64,000 nucleotides of DNA from NCBI GenBank assembly GCA_964016885.1, contig OZ024740.1:272552001-272616000 (forward strand). Reading direction: 5' to 3'. How positions within the stretch are numbered: the first letter of the stretch is position 1; every line of letters starts with the position of its first letter. Shown one piece after another: positions 14,617 to 28,254 of the stretch. Below the pieces are notes generated by a model. That model was not told the DNA's origin. It did no database searches and worked only from the letters and a program-made list of their open reading frames with translations. Source of the stretch: Eledone cirrhosa. Taxonomy: Eukaryota. Made by a program: the position numbers and the translations under genes.

Positions 14617-16540
14617 GGAAAAATTTGAACAGGGACAAAACAGAGAGGCAGTACAACAAATGTTTATTAATTTCACGCTCTGGAGAGTGGGGTGTTGGTG
14701 GGGGACGACGTTTCGGGCATAAGCCCTTCCTCAGGTGGGAAGTGTGTGGGAACAGAGTTCAAAGGGTGTGTAGGGGAGTGGTGGAGAGACATATAGCGAA
14801 AGGAAACGGTGCGAAGGAAAAAATAAAAAATAAAGATAAAAATAAAAATAAAAATAAAGCATGATCAAAATACAAGGAATGAGATAAATTTAAAAATAAA
14901 GGCATGATCAAAATAAACTGAAATTAAAAGGGGGTTAAACAGGTGGTGGAAGGGTGTGGGGTGTGTAGGGGTGGTGGCGGGTGGAGTGGGGAGAGGGAGA
15001 CGGGGTGTCCGAGCGGGGAGGGCTGAAGGTGGTGTGTGTGTGTAGGTGTGCGTGTGTGTGTGTGTGTATGTGAAAGTAAGGGTTGGGGGAAGAACGGGGT
15101 TGCATGTTCAGGAAGAGGTGTGTGTGTGTGGGGGGGGGGGGGGTCGGAGTGTCTGTGCGTGTGTGGATAGAGGGGTGGGGGGAGAGGAATCAGGAGGCTG
15201 AGGGTGTAGATCTGTGGTGGAAAGCACGTGTGTGTGGGGTTTAAGCGTGTTGTGGGTGTAGGTGGCGTGTGGAGAAAAAATTTTTTTGGGGGTGTGTGTG
15301 TGGGTGAGTTATATAGGTGATTACGTAAGAGGATGGTTGAAAAGTTGATAAATTCCGAAGATGTTTAGTGGATTGGTGGTTGGTCAATTTCTGCGTGTGG
15401 GTATTCCATGAAGCGATGGTCGGAAGAGGAGAGATGTGGGGTGCGCGCGCAACAGGAAGTGGTCAGCAGTGGGAGTGATGTGGTCTGTTTGTGCTGGGAG
15501 GTGGTCAGCGGGCATAGCAGCAGTCGGTGGAATGGTAAAGGGGCGAGGATGGGTAGGTGTGAAAGTTGGAGTGAGGAGGGTGTGTGTGTGTGTATTAGTA
15601 GGGGTGTTAGTGGGATGAGTGAGTGTGGAGCGAGGGTGTGGGTGGAGCGGGGAGAGAAGGGTGTGTGTTGTTCTATGGAGGGAGTGTGGTGTACTGGTGT
15701 GTGTGTAGTTTGATGAAGAGGTGTTAGTGGGTGTTAGTATACTGGAGGTGGGGAGGGGTTGAATGCAGGTGTGAGTGGGGGTTAGTGGTGGTAGGGTGTG
15801 TAGAGTTGGTGGTGTACGAGGGTGTGTGGGTACGTGTGCGTGGGGTTGGGGGGGGGGGGTGTTAGTGATGTTAGTTGCGTGTGGGGTGGGTGGTGTAAGT
15901 GGGTGCGTGTGTTCGTGTGCTTGGGGTTAGGGGGTGTTAGTGAGGTTAGTTGCGGGGTGGTGGGATGGAGGTGTGGGGGTGAGAGGTGTGGGGGTGAGGG
16001 TTGGTGGTGGTAGTAGGGTGTGTGTTTAGTGTGAGCGCGTGTATATATGTGCCGGTGGGTGTGTGCGTGTGATAAGGAGGGGGGAGGAGGAGAAGAGGGG
16101 AGGGAAGGGATGTTAGTATGTTAGTTGGGGAAGGGTGGTCAGATGAGGGGTGGAGTGGAGGTGTTAGTATTGTTAGTTGTGGGGTGGGCGGTGAAAAAGA
16201 GGGGTGTGTTAGTGGTGTTAGTGGGGGATAAGTGTGGGGGGAGGGGGGCGGTCGAAGGCTAAAGGAATAAGGGTGGGGAGTTCAGGCCGGGGGGAGTGTG
16301 GGTCTGTAAGATGAAGTTCGTTGTTCGACCGTAAGGCGATTGGCGGGGGTTCCGTGGCACTGGAGTAGGCCACAGACTGTGAGATGGCGTGCGGAATGTC
16401 CAGGGCCACCAAAGTGGCGGGCGATGGGGGAACTGCTCCCGAGACGAATATCCCGGAGGTGCTCCGTGACTCGGTCCGCCAGGCGACGTCCCGTCTGTCC
16501 GACATAAGTCCGTAGACTAGGTTGGAGGAGGTGCAGCGGA
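14614..16540 (-). mobile_element. Probable PLE-derived element with strongly skewed C/A-rich (minus strand) body and terminal HHR
   Basis: Bounded by (TA)n on both sides. HHR at 14705-14740 is followed by AATAAA on the minus strand. No recognisable intact protein. Confidence 0.5.
14705..14740 (-). ncRNA. Minimal type I hammerhead motif
   Basis: Reverse complement: CCAC-CTGAGGA-agggc ttat gccc-GAAA-CG-TC-GT. Minimal palindromic stem III, only 2-bp stem I. Confidence 0.6.
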
Positions 16541-16556
16541 TATATACACGTATATA

Positions 16557-16615
<59 letters not shown>

Positions 16616-16616
<1 letters not shown>

Positions 16617-16786
16617 AAAAGTCAAGACCCAGACGGCTGAGCTCCGGCCGTTTCGACAGTTAGATCCGAACTTAGATCGGAGCTCAGCTGTCGGGGTCCT
16701 GACTCTTTTACTATTACCCACTCTACTAAGTATTGAGTACTCTGGTGCGTTATGGTCCACCTGGTATCTTACCACGCCATCTTTGT

Positions 16787-16788
<2 letters not shown>
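16616..16788. mobile_element. Short TA-embedded fold-back element (family D, copy 1)
   Basis: Imperfect hairpin 16617-16709 plus tail (TACTCT..AAGTATTGAGTAC..GGTGCGTTATGGTCCA). Homologous to 28661-28852. Confidence 0.7.
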
Positions 16789-16821
<33 letters not shown>

Positions 16822-17384
16822 ACACATATATATGTGTGTGTGTGTGTATGCGTGTGTGTGTGTTGTGTATGTGTGCGCGCGCGCGTGTGTGTATGTGTGT
16901 GTTTGTGTGTGAGTGTGTGTGTATGTGTGTGTTTGTGTGTGTGCATGTATACGTGTGTGTTTATATTTCTGAATGACACTTTGTTAACACGTGTTTTGCA
17001 AACACATAAGAGCTTAAATATGCAAACGGCCATTTGGATAAGAACGTATATCATAACAAAATCCATGCTAACAAATAGAATTAATGGATTTCCATAAAAC
17101 AAAACAATAGATTAATTTATATCTAAAGTAACAAAGTTTTGTTTCGATGCCGCTTTTGTTTGCACTCTTCAGAAATAAACAAAGCGATGACCGAGAAAAT
17201 ACGAGAATCTCAGTTTACCACACGTACCACCTTTTTTTTTTTTTCTGAGAAAAGAAACAACATTTATTAAATTATAATATGTTTATAGGCAATTTCTTCC
17301 GTTAATCGCTTCCAGCTAACAATTAATTAATTTATTAATTAATACATCTGATTAATTAATCAATTTTTCTCATATAAACACATC

Positions 17385-17660
17385 TCTATCAGTATCCAAG
17401 TCTTTCGACGAAAATCGTCAAAATATTGACCCCCGAACCAAATATGAAAATACACTCTTGACAGATGCATTGTGTCCGAACACGGAAGAGCCGAACTTCC
17501 ACCGTCATCGTCCCCATCTCTCTCGCACTCTCCATCTCACAGTATAGTGAGCAAATGGGGTCTAACGTGCTGGCCGCTCCACAGCCCCGGTGGACAGAAT
17601 GGAGAAGGCGTTTCCCGGAGGATGGTAAGGGGTATGGGCTGGAAGAGCATCCTATCATAC
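17385..17660 (-). mobile_element. 3' end of an RLE-bearing (CRE-like) non-LTR retrotransposon, degraded
   Basis: Reverse complement CTCCGGGAAACGCCTTCTCCATTCTGTCC (..LRGNAFSILS.. with a frameshift) matches the 55600-55630 copy, and the downstream UTR is also similar. Confidence 0.55.
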
Positions 17661-18200
17661 TATATTTCATTTGAATCAATGAAGTGTTTTCAAGGAAAAT
17701 TTAGTGTCGTGCTTTATTAATATTTGTCATCATATCTTCTGAGACAATTCTCCGAAGGTCGGTGCGGTTTTCGGAGAATTGTCTCTTCCCCCGCTCGTTC
17801 TTCCGTTGCTTAATAGTCCTTGCTTTTTCCTTCCCTTTCTTCTCATTGCATTTATAGTCCTTTCCTTAACTTTCCTATGCAGCCAGATCTACCTTTCTTT
17901 ACCCCTTTCTCCTATTTTTCATTACGTAATTTTGATTTTATCTTTTTTTTAAATATTTCCACTATTGTATAACTTCTGTCTGTAAAATATAGTTGACATA
18001 ATATGTTTATGTATAACAGATAACAAAATAAAATTAGACAATTTTCTGAAAATGCGAAAATCATTTTTCTCTCCTCAAACACAATAGTACATTCATGGCC
18101 TATAAACCAAGCGCTAACAGCTACTTTGAGAAGAACCATACACGAGCAATTTATGTTTCAGTGGCAGAAAATGTACTTTCATTAATATAATTTAATCTAA

Positions 18201-18390
18201 GGCGGTGGATTGGCAGTATTGGTAGAGTGTCGGATGCCATGCTTTGGCGCATAGAGTTACGGCCCTTGCCATTCTGAGTTCAAATCCCGCCGAGGTTAAC
18301 TTTCCCTTTCATCCTTACGGGGTCGATAAAATAAAGTACCAGTAATGTACTGGGTAATTGCTGGCCTTGTGCCTAACGTAGAAGCAATTA
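18201..18390 (+). mobile_element. tRNA-derived SINE (family 1, Meta-domain-like core); partial copies also at ~18455-18625 (+) and ~18660-18780 (-)
   Basis: GGCGGTGGATTGGCAGTA..GAGTTCAAATCC (B box)..CCTTTCATCCTTACGGGGTCGATAAAATAAAGTACCAG..GCCTAA.GTAGAA.CAATTA. Confidence 0.85.
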
Positions 18391-19212
18391 ATATAATTTA
18401 ATCTCAAAGTCAAGCTTTATTCCTAAGTTAGTCATTTCTTTAATACTTCTTTCTTACGTTCTGAGTTTAAATCCTGCCGAGGTTAACTTTCCCTTAGCTC
18501 TGCCTTTCATCATTACCGTGTCGATCAAATGAAGTACCTGTAACACACTAGGGTTGATTTAATTCATTTTCCACTCTACTCCGCAAAAATTGTTGGCCTT
18601 GTGCCTAAATCAGAAGGCATTAATAAAGGTCTGTGAAACCATTAAATTAATTAAGTAGACCTCGTAAGGATGAAAAGCAAAACTAACCCCTGCAGAATTT
18701 GAACATAGAATGTAAAGAGCTGTATCTCTATAGAGCAAAGAATGTTGTCCGACGCTCTACCGATACTGCCAATCCACCATTCATGCCCTTTTAAAATATG
18801 AAATAATTATTAAAGAAAGGAGTAATATTGAAATAGGGCTTGGAATGCACGAAATAGTTGTTACCGAAGGAAACAAACAACAAATCAACTAAAATGAACA
18901 GCAAACAAAGGACATGGCTGTAAAAAAAAAGAAGTTGTGAAGATGTTTCACAAATTTGAAAAGTTTTACCTATTAATTACAGCGAAACTTAGGTAAATAA
19001 ATTCGCTGGTACAAGCAAAAAAAAAAGAACAATAGAAAAGGTAAACATCTTGTTCAAATGACCCCGCTCAGTTACTTTGATGAAATAAATTGGTGAAAAT
19101 ATTTTATTTCTCAAATTATTGTAATATACGTTGTGAAACAATACTTAATTTCTAAAAAAACAAAAACTGTTCAATAGAAAATACACTTTCAATATTATTC
19201 TATTAACACAAG

Positions 19213-19595
19213 GGCGGTGGATTGGCAGTATCGGTAGAGGGTCGGACGCCATGCTTTCCAGCATAGTTACGTCCCTTTACGATCTGAGTTCAAATCCCGC
19301 CGAGGTTGACTTTGCCTTTCATCCTTACGGGGTCGATAAAATAAAGTACCAGTAATGCACTGGATAATTGCTGGCCTTGTGCCTAAAGTAGAAACAATTA
19401 TTATATGGCGGTGGATTGGCAGTATCGGTAGAGGGTCGGACGCCATGCTTTCCAGCATAGTTACGTCCCTTTCCGATCTGAGTTCAAATCCCGCCGAGGT
19501 TGACTTTGCCTTTCATCCTTACGGGGTCGATAAAATAAAGTACCAGTAATGAACTGGGTAATTGCTGGCCTTGTGCCTAAAGTAGAAACAATTAT
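19213..19595 (+). mobile_element. Head-to-tail dimer of SINE family 1
   Basis: Two near-identical ~190-bp copies starting at 19213 and 19407. Confidence 0.9.
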
Positions 19596-19750
19596 TCTAT
19601 TAACACAATACTTTGAAATATGGTAAAATTCACTACGCATACAATGAGCAAGTATTTTCTATTGCAGTGCCGAGTTGATCAATGCTTCGTGAAAATAATC
19701 ACACGAAATCTGTCGTATATATATATATATATATATATATATACGTCGTG

Positions 19751-19782
<32 letters not shown>

Positions 19783-19821
19783 AAAATATTAATAAATGGA
19801 TACATTCATATAATCAAAATA

Positions 19822-19887
19822 TGTTTTATTATATATATTTCGGAGGTACTGTGCTGTTTTTTCAGTACGTCCTCATCAGATAAAATA
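19822..19887 (-). ncRNA. Type I hammerhead ribozyme motif in short TA-embedded element (~19778-19930)
   Basis: Reverse complement: TATTTTAT-CTGATGA-ggacgtactg..cagtacctcc-GAAA-tatata-TA-ATAAAACA. Confidence 0.8.
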
Positions 19888-19928
19888 CATACCTCAACTG
19901 TGCTGATGATTCAATTCCAGTCTTGGCA

Positions 19929-19961
<33 letters not shown>

Positions 19962-20559
19962 TGGTAAACGGAAAAGAAAATGCTGACAAATTGTTGCCAG
20001 TGAAAAATAGTTTAATTAGGAATAAATTAAAATTAGTAATAGTATTGGTTAGTATTCAGTTTTGGTTTTAAGTTTTACCGGTTGCGCATTTCTAATGCTT
20101 TTCAAAAATGATTTTGAGATAGAGCGCCCGTGTGCCTAAAATAGAAACAATTATCAAACATATATTCATTAAAATACGATGATTTGTTCTAACTATGTAT
20201 CTATCTATCTTCGGAATGCTATTGGTATTCCAGATTTGTTGTTGTTATTGTTATTCTCGTCAGAATATAGATGCACTGGTAAATAATATACATAAATAGA
20301 TAGATATAGATAGTTATCAGACAGGTAGATAGACTGAGAGAAAGATATAGAGGCAGAGAGGAAGGAAGGTAGGTAGATAGATATATGGACAGATAGATAG
20401 GTAGATAGATTGGTAGATAATGAGATATATAGCTACGTTCATAGGTAGATAGATTAGTAGAATCGTAGTTAAATAAACATATAGATAGATATGTTTCTTT
20501 ATTAGTCACAGGGGCACATATAGATAGATAGACAGACGAACAGATAGATAGATAGATAA

Positions 20560-20590
<31 letters not shown>

Positions 20591-20591
<1 letters not shown>

Positions 20592-21490
20592 CTTTCTTTT
20601 TATTTGCCACCAGGGCATCAAAGAGTGGGACAAGTACAATGGGGGGAGTTTACATAAAAAGGCGTCCTCAATAAGGAGGAAGCAATAACAAGATACAAAA
20701 AATAATATATAAAATATAACAAAAATAAATTTAATAACAAAATCCTCAATAGGGAGGAGGCGCCTTGGGGGGTCGCACACACCCCCGAAAAAAGTGTGCA
20801 ACCCTTTTCCTCAGGAGCACAGAGAGGGGGTGCTCCCTTGATCTTTCATCTTCGTCACCTATAGTCTGATGGAGAGTGAAGGTCCATTCACACGGGCCAT
20901 TCTCGCCACTTTCACCCATCTTTCATAAAAACGGCTGGGGTGCAGCACCTCTCTCTCCATCCTGATCCTTCTTCCGAAATGATATCGGAAGAAACGGACC
21001 AGTTGTTGGCCAGAGAGAAAGGTGTCTGACCTCAGTCCTTTCAGACGCTTCCACCATACAACCTCTTTCGCCATGGCTATTACGCACAGAAACACCGCCT
21101 CTCCTTCCTTTTTGAAGAGGGGGGGGGGGGCGACTTGATCGTTACAATAGAAACGGTGGTCAACCGTATCGGTCCCACCCTTGACAGCAGTTGTTCGACA
21201 TAGCCCCACAGATCGACAATGCCCGAGCAGTGTACCAATGCGTGTGCAACGGTTTCCTCGTCGTCGCACACGCATCTGGGACAGATCCTTTTCGAGGTGT
21301 CCCTACCCGGGCGCCCGTGTGTGTAGAGCCTTTCTCGAACGGGCAGAGCCCCTCGGTAGCGCTGCCAGACCAGGGACCTCTGGAAGTTATCCATAGGTCC
21401 CGGGCTGAATGTCCTACCGAACAGGTTGGCCAGTTCGTCTTCCTCCATGCCTAGGGCTTCTCCGAGGGCGTCGTCGCACCTGCTAACCAC
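20591..21490 (-). mobile_element. 3' fragment of L1/Tx1-type LINE (Zn-finger region and 3' UTR), same family as 58424-63830
   Basis: RGALPVRERLY...CPRCVCDDEETVAHALVHC and ERWVKVARMARVNGPSLSIRL are near-identical to the 63100-63598 translation. Flanked by (GATA)n. An extra ~27-bp 3' tail lies at 20492-20518. Confidence 0.9.
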
Positions 21491-21499
21491 CAGCTAACC

Positions 21500-21537
<38 letters not shown>

Positions 21538-21589
21538 AGTGGGATTTAGATAGATAGAGACATTATTGTCCCAACTAATGGTAGTCAGT

Positions 21590-23186
21590 TATAGATAGAT
21601 AGAAACAGTGATAGCTCACGTTAAATAGAAACAGTGGTAGCCCACGATAGATAGATACAGTGGTAGCCCACGATGATAGAAACAGTGGTAGCCCACGGTA
21701 GAGAGGTATAGTGGTAGGCCACGGTAGATAGAAACAGGATAACCCAATTTAGATAGAAACAGTGGTAGCCCACGCTAGATACATTTAGTGGTAGCCTAGT
21801 ATAGATATAGTGGTAGCCCACGGTAGATGGATACAGTGGCAGGCCACGATAGATAGATACAGTGGTAGCTCACGATAGATATATTTAGTGGTAGCCGAGT
21901 GTAGATATAGTGGTAGCCCACGGTAGATAGATACAGTGGTAGGCCACGATAGATAGATACAGTGGTAGCCCATGATAGATATATTTAGTGGTAGCCCAGT
22001 ATAGATTTAGTGGTAGCCCACGGTAGATAGATCTAGTGGTAGCCCACGATAGATAGATTTAGTGGTAGCCCATGATAAATAGATACAGTGGTAACCCATG
22101 ATATATAGATATAGTAGTAGCCCACGGTAGATAGATTTAGTGGTAGCCCCCGGTAGATAGAATTAGTGGTAGCCCATGGTGGATAGATTGAGTGGTAACC
22201 CATGATATATAGATATAGTAGTAGCCCACGGTAGATAGATTTAGTGGTAGCCCACGGTAGATAGATTTAGTGGTAGCCCATGGTGGATAGATTTAGTGGT
22301 AGCCCACGGTGGATAGATTTAGTGGTAGCCCACGGTGGATAGATTTAGTGGGAGCCCACGATAGATAGATACAGTGGTAGCCCACACTGGATAGATTTAG
22401 TGGTAGCCCACGATAGATAGAGTGGTAACCCACGATAAATAGACACAGTGGTAACCCGCTGTAGATAGATTTAGTGGCAACCCACGATAGATAGATACAG
22501 TGGTTTCCCACGATAGATAGACACAGTGGTAACCCACGATAGATAGACACAGTGGTAGCCTGCAATAGATAGACACAGTGGTAGCCCACTATAGATAGAT
22601 TTAGTGGCAACCCACGATAGATAAATACAGTGGTAACCCACGATAGGTAGACACAGTGGTAGCCCACGATAGATAGACACAGTGGTAACCCACGATAGAT
22701 AGACACAGTGGTAGCCTGCAATAGATAGACACAGTGGTAGCCCACTATAGATAGATTTAGTGGCAACCCACGATAGATAAATACAGTGGTAACCCACGAT
22801 AGATAGACACAGTGGTAGCCCACGATAGATAGACACAGTGGTAACCCACGATAGATAGATAGATACAGTGGCAACCCACGATAGATAAATACAGTGGTAA
22901 CCCACGATAGATAGACACAGTGGTAGCCCACGATAGATAGACACAGTGGTAACCCACGATAGATAGATAGATACAGTGGCAACCCACGATAGATAAATAC
23001 AGTGGTAACCCACGATAGATAGACACAGTGGTAACCCACGATAGATAGACACAGTGGTAGCCTGCAATAGATAGACACAGTGGTAGCCTGCAATAGATAG
23101 ACACAGTGGTAACCCACTATAGATAGATTTAGTGGCAACCCAGTATAGATATAGTGGTAGCCCACGATAGATATAATGGTAACTAT
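21590..23186. repeat. ~26-bp minisatellite (GATAGATAGATACAGTGGTAGCCCAC), roughly 60 variant units
   Basis: Direct reading; it explains the repetitive IVGYHC/YRGLPL ORFs. Confidence 0.95.
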
Positions 23187-23992
23187 AGATAGCTGCAGTG
23201 ATGCCACTAACCATCTGGTTAGTGGCATCACTGCAGCTATCTGTTGTTGTAAACTAAAAATCAAGCATACAATCACACCCACACATATACCCGCATCCTC
23301 TTTCTCTCCCTGTCTCTCCCCCTCCTCCCCACACACATACATAATATTTCACTATCTCGTCAACATTATAAGATATATTAACAAATTGACTTTGACAAAG
23401 TGATTGTCACATGATCATGCATCTTATGTAAATTGACACACACACACACACACATATATATATAACAAAGTTAAAACTATAAATACAATGCTTAAAGGAA
23501 AGTAGAGAATTATATATGATAGTATATAATTGTCACATCTTTTCAAAATTAGTTCAATGTGTTTATATAGGTTTGAAGAGATAGAAGTTTTTAGGGAGAA
23601 AGATTTAGAGATGTAGACATGAATACAGAGCAAATATAAGCAAGTGTATCGATGGAACAATGAGGTTTTATCTTTTAAAAACATATTTATTTCCTTACAC
23701 GTGTTTCATCGAATTATTTGAAATGTTATGAAGCATTTCGTATAATTCATATATATATACAAGGTAAAGGTAAACCAATTTAAAATGATTAGCATTTATC
23801 ACCTTATAAAAACATGTATATAAAGGGAGACATTCTCATACACACACATACATGTACATATTTTAATAAACACACATCTATATACCTATATACTCAGATG
23901 TACATGAGATACCCCCACCCCCACCCCACATATATATGTATAAATATACATTGGAAAATGCGTGAAATCCTTGGTGCAATAAGGTATACGTA

Positions 23993-24295
23993 AAAAAGGA
24001 AAAGAATGACTTCACTTGTAGTTCTAAACAATTTAATTTAATTTTATAATATTATAATTTTACAATTTCGTTTTGTAGATCTAGTAAGTTCTTTGTTAAC
24101 TTCGGTGGGGAGATTTTTTAAAAGATTCCTGGTTAACTTTCCTGGTTAACTTTCCTGGTTAACTTTCTCTTGCATTCGTCGATGTTAACAAAGAACTTAC
24201 TAGATCTACAAAACCAAATGGTAATATTATAATATTATAAAGTTAAATTAAATTGTTTACAACTACCAGTGAAGTTATTCCTTTCCTTTAAAAAA
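23993..24295. repeat. ~110-bp imperfect inverted repeat (MITE- or pLTR-like fold-back)
   Basis: TTTTGTAGATCTAGTAAGTTCTTTGTTAAC and its reverse complement flank a spacer with 3x (TTCCTGGTTAACT-like) units. Confidence 0.7.
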
Positions 24296-24318
24296 CAAAT
24301 ATATAAGTATATATATAT

Positions 24319-24364
<46 letters not shown>

Positions 24365-24660
24365 GTATAATGATGTGCACCTACATTCATATCCACATAT
24401 ACAGTATATACACGCATGTCCCTATAACTAGACACATATACAAACCTTCATGTATATATATATATATACATATATACATTCCCCCTTAGAGATCCATATA
24501 TTTGGAATTATATGTCTGCACATATCAAAATATATACAACTATACCTACATCCACTTAGATATTATAAAATATTTACATTGATATCAACCGTATTAGGGC
24601 TTATTATAGGAATATAAGCCCTCCCCCCAAAAAAAGAAAAAAGAAAAATGCACCTCTTCC

Positions 24661-24733
<73 letters not shown>

Positions 24734-24738
<5 letters not shown>

Positions 24739-26099
24739 GAGAGTAAAACAAAGAATCCTTTAATACATCAAAAGTTTTTATTAGCCGACAATGTTTCGTC
24801 CTGTTAAGGACTCATCAGGGCAATCAAAACAACAAGAAGTAATATCGGCAGATACAAGCCGGAAACCCTGAAGAATATGGAGTGTGCATACACTAAAGTC
24901 ATACAAAAATATATGATAATAAAAATGAAAATAAAAATAAAAATAATAAAAATATATAATAATAAGAATAACTAAGGATGTAGATAACATTAAGAACCAT
25001 ATTACAAATATAGTCCAAAGCAACTAACCTAAATCTAACCAGATTTGGTTATATAGAGCAGGAATTATGTATAACACAATGCAATAAACATAATACATTA
25101 TAATAATATACCTTTACCAAGATTAAAATTACAAATTAAAAATCAAAAGGTACAATATATACATGTATATATGTGCGCGCGCACACACACACACACACAC
25201 ACATATATAACAATACACACATCTATGATCAACTACACAAATTAAGCCCTACTAGAAGTTTGAATATAAAAATAAGCATGATAAGAGTGAAAATGATACC
25301 AATACATCTACCCAATATACATGAGGCAATAATATGATATAATTACAAGAGACACATATAATAAATAATAAACAATAAAATTATATAATTCAATATAATA
25401 TAATAAAATAGATAATCCCGGTTAATTTACGGAAACAATATAGATGTCACAATAAAATACAATGATAATACGTAAACAGTGTACTAACATTTACCATAAA
25501 CAATGTATACAAATCGATTCATACTGGGTTACAGAGTAAATGAGGAAAAATAAATTATATAATACTCAAAAAAACACTATAATGGTACTGTAAAAATTAT
25601 GATGGTACAGAAAAAAATATATACAGACATCTTACATGATATGTAAAGTCTAAATATCATAATGTTACATATAATGAACAGTAAGTAATAAGGATCAATA
25701 TTACAATATTACAAAAAATACAGACATCTTACATGATATATAAAGTTTAAATGTCATAATGTTACATATAATGAACAGTAAGTAATAAGGATCAATATTA
25801 CAATACAATATAATATAATATATTATAAATTGACATAAAATAATACTTATAATTACAAGGTTAGTAGACAGACATATGTGGATGTGTAAGCAAAGCCAGA
25901 CAGTGAATAGTAAATAGAATATAGAATAAAATAAATAAATAAATATAATCAACCGGAAATTACAAAACAAAAGCAAATATATACACACTAAGGCCTCACA
26001 TGCGGTTAAGAAATTAGGTAAACACTAAGGAAAACAATCATTTTAATTGACTCAAAACCTTTTGATGTATTAAAGGATTCTTTGTTTTACTCTCTTAAT
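24734..26099 (-). mobile_element. Non-coding AT-rich PLE-derived element with HHR and short inverted terminal duplication
   Basis: 24734-24774 is inverted at ~26059-26099. HHR at 24784-24821. Internal ~97-bp tandem duplication at 25620-25805. Confidence 0.6.
24784..24821 (-). ncRNA. Canonical minimal type I hammerhead ribozyme
   Basis: Reverse complement: GCC-CTGATGA-GTCC ttaaca GGAC-GAAA-CA t TG-TC-GGC. GUC cleavage triplet, all core nucleotides intact. Confidence 0.88.
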
Positions 26100-26445
26100 T
26101 TTTTGGCTCTGTTTAACTGCATTGAGCTATACCTTTTACTGTCATTTCTATAATACGAAGAGGGTGTTTAACTCCAACACGCTCCAGTATTCTAATCCTT
26201 ATATATATATATATAGACATTTATATGTATATAAAGACACAGTTGTTTATCCGCACAGAAATACTATCATCTATATATGCACACCTATACAGGGTAGTGT
26301 TTAGCAATAGACCCCCACACGTAAGATCACGCCCGCATTCATGATAATGCACAACATAGTTGATAGTATACACTGCCAATTTCATTCAGATTCAGAATCA
26401 CTTCAATGAACCACAACAGTAAAAGAAAAATGGATACATATACTC

Positions 26446-27137
26446 TAATAACTGTTTCTACTTTAGGCACAAGACCAGCAATTTTGGGGGAGCGGAAGGT
26501 CGATTAAATCGACCTCCAGTGCGTGACTGGTACTTTATTTTATAGACCCCCGTAAGGATGAAAGGTAAAGGTAACCTCGGTGGGATTTGAACTCAGAAGG
26601 CAAAGGGCCGTAACTCTATGCCATGAAGCATGGTGTCCGATGCATATACATAATAAAAAATACTCACATATATATGTACACCTTCATACGTAGACAGACA
26701 AAGACAAACGTTTACTTGTGTCAGAGACTGAATTTCTTGAATTTCAGTTACAATATATTTAAAATAATAGTTGTTTTTCTACTTTTGGCACAAGGCCAGC
26801 AATTATCCCAGTGCATTACTGGTACTTTATTTTATCGACCCCGTAAGGGTGAAAGGCAAAGTTAACCTCGGCGGGATTTGAACTCAGACTGTAAAGGGAC
26901 GTAACTATGCTAGAAAGCATGGCGTGTGACCCTCTACCGATTCTGACAATCCAAATAATAATTTTTTCTTATATAGGCACAAGGCCAGCAATTTTGGCGA
27001 GGGGGCAAGTCAATAAAATCGACCCCAGTAAGGATGAAAGGCAAAGTCAACTTCGGCGGGATTTGAACTCAGACTGTAAAGGGACGTAACTATGCTAGAA
27101 AGCATGGCGTCCGACCCTCTGCCGATACTGCCAATCC
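26446..27137 (-). mobile_element. Cluster of three SINE family 1 copies (~26446-26642, 26766-26955, 26957-27137)
   Basis: Reverse complements of the family 1 consensus. Confidence 0.85.
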
Positions 27138-27149
27138 AAATAATAATGA

Positions 27150-27680
27150 CAACTATAATGATGGCAATAATAAAAAAAAGGGAAACAAAGGGAATGAAAG
27201 AATAGGGAAATATAGAGAAAAAAGACAGAAAGCAAGAAGAAAAAGAACGGGAAGGGGAGAGGATGGCAAGAGCTCTGGTGTCGCAGAAGAGAGGGGAGGG
27301 GTGAAGGGGGAGGGTGATCGGGCTTTGGGCCTAGGGCAAGAGGGCAGAAGCGCTGCGCCCCGCGGACATGGCGGCAAAAGCATTCCCGCGGACGATGGCC
27401 AGTGACACCCGCTGCAACAGCTACCCAATCTCGCGGGTCTATCTCCTCAGACGAGCCACCTACGCCTCGATCTTGCGGAGGTGCTGGGCAGTACGGGGTC
27501 CAAGAACGCCTGAGGTCTCGACGGCGACTGGAGCGAAGAGGAAGCGGCCGGACAATCCACTGTATTTTTTTATTTTACGTTCTTCTGCGAGGCGGCCTGC
27601 TATGCCGGGGGTTTGTGGCCGAAGCGAGTAAGTGGAGGGGGAGAATGTGTCGCAGCAGGTGGCGTCCAAAAATTGTTATC
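27150..27680 (-). mobile_element. 3' end of an RLE-bearing (CRE-like) non-LTR retrotransposon
   Basis: DATCCDTFSPS...AEERKIKKYSGLSGRFLFAPVAVETSGVLG...LLQRVSLAIVRGNA: C-terminal restriction-like endonuclease region. Confidence 0.75.
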
Positions 27681-28254
27681 AATATTCGCTTCTCAAACTG
27701 CTTTATTTCGAAATCTTTTAGTTGGGAGGGGGCAGGTTACTTTTCAAATTTAGATTTAGCCGTTTCTTGCGCCATACATACTAAAAGGGTTGTGTTTTTC
27801 TTTCGTTTTTTTTCCTCACCAATGAATGGATATGCGTAGAATCTCATAGATTCTCGTAGATTCTCGTAGATTCTCTGTGCATGGTGCCTCACTATAAGAT
27901 GGACATTACTCATGTTACAGAAATACTTTGTTTTGGGTCCGAGGTACAGAATGCTTAAACTTGGAATCAAAATTCATTTCTCATTCTACATTCTCCATGT
28001 CTCTTAGATATTCATAGAAACTATACGACAGTAATATAACCCCGTCTATTGCAATGTTTAAAGTTGTTTCAAAAGACATGGAGCAGCGCAGACTATAGGA
28101 GTCTTCTTTTTTATTTGCTTCTCATAATCTGAACACAACTAAAGAGAGATTCGGTATCGAAATTGTCAATATACTGGGTGCTCCCCCACCCCAAAATATA
28201 GACACACTTTTATTAGAATTCTGTTGAAGTGTGTATACATTTTTGGGACATCTT

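Noticed and set aside
17739-17787. Hairpin as a transcription terminator
   Set aside because: Eukaryotic context with no associated gene; probably a small fold-back remnant (likewise 10555-10670 and 45915-45962).
22293-23342. 349-aa ORF and overlapping ORFs
   Set aside because: Read-through of the 26-bp minisatellite; it is not CRISPR either, as there are no spacers.
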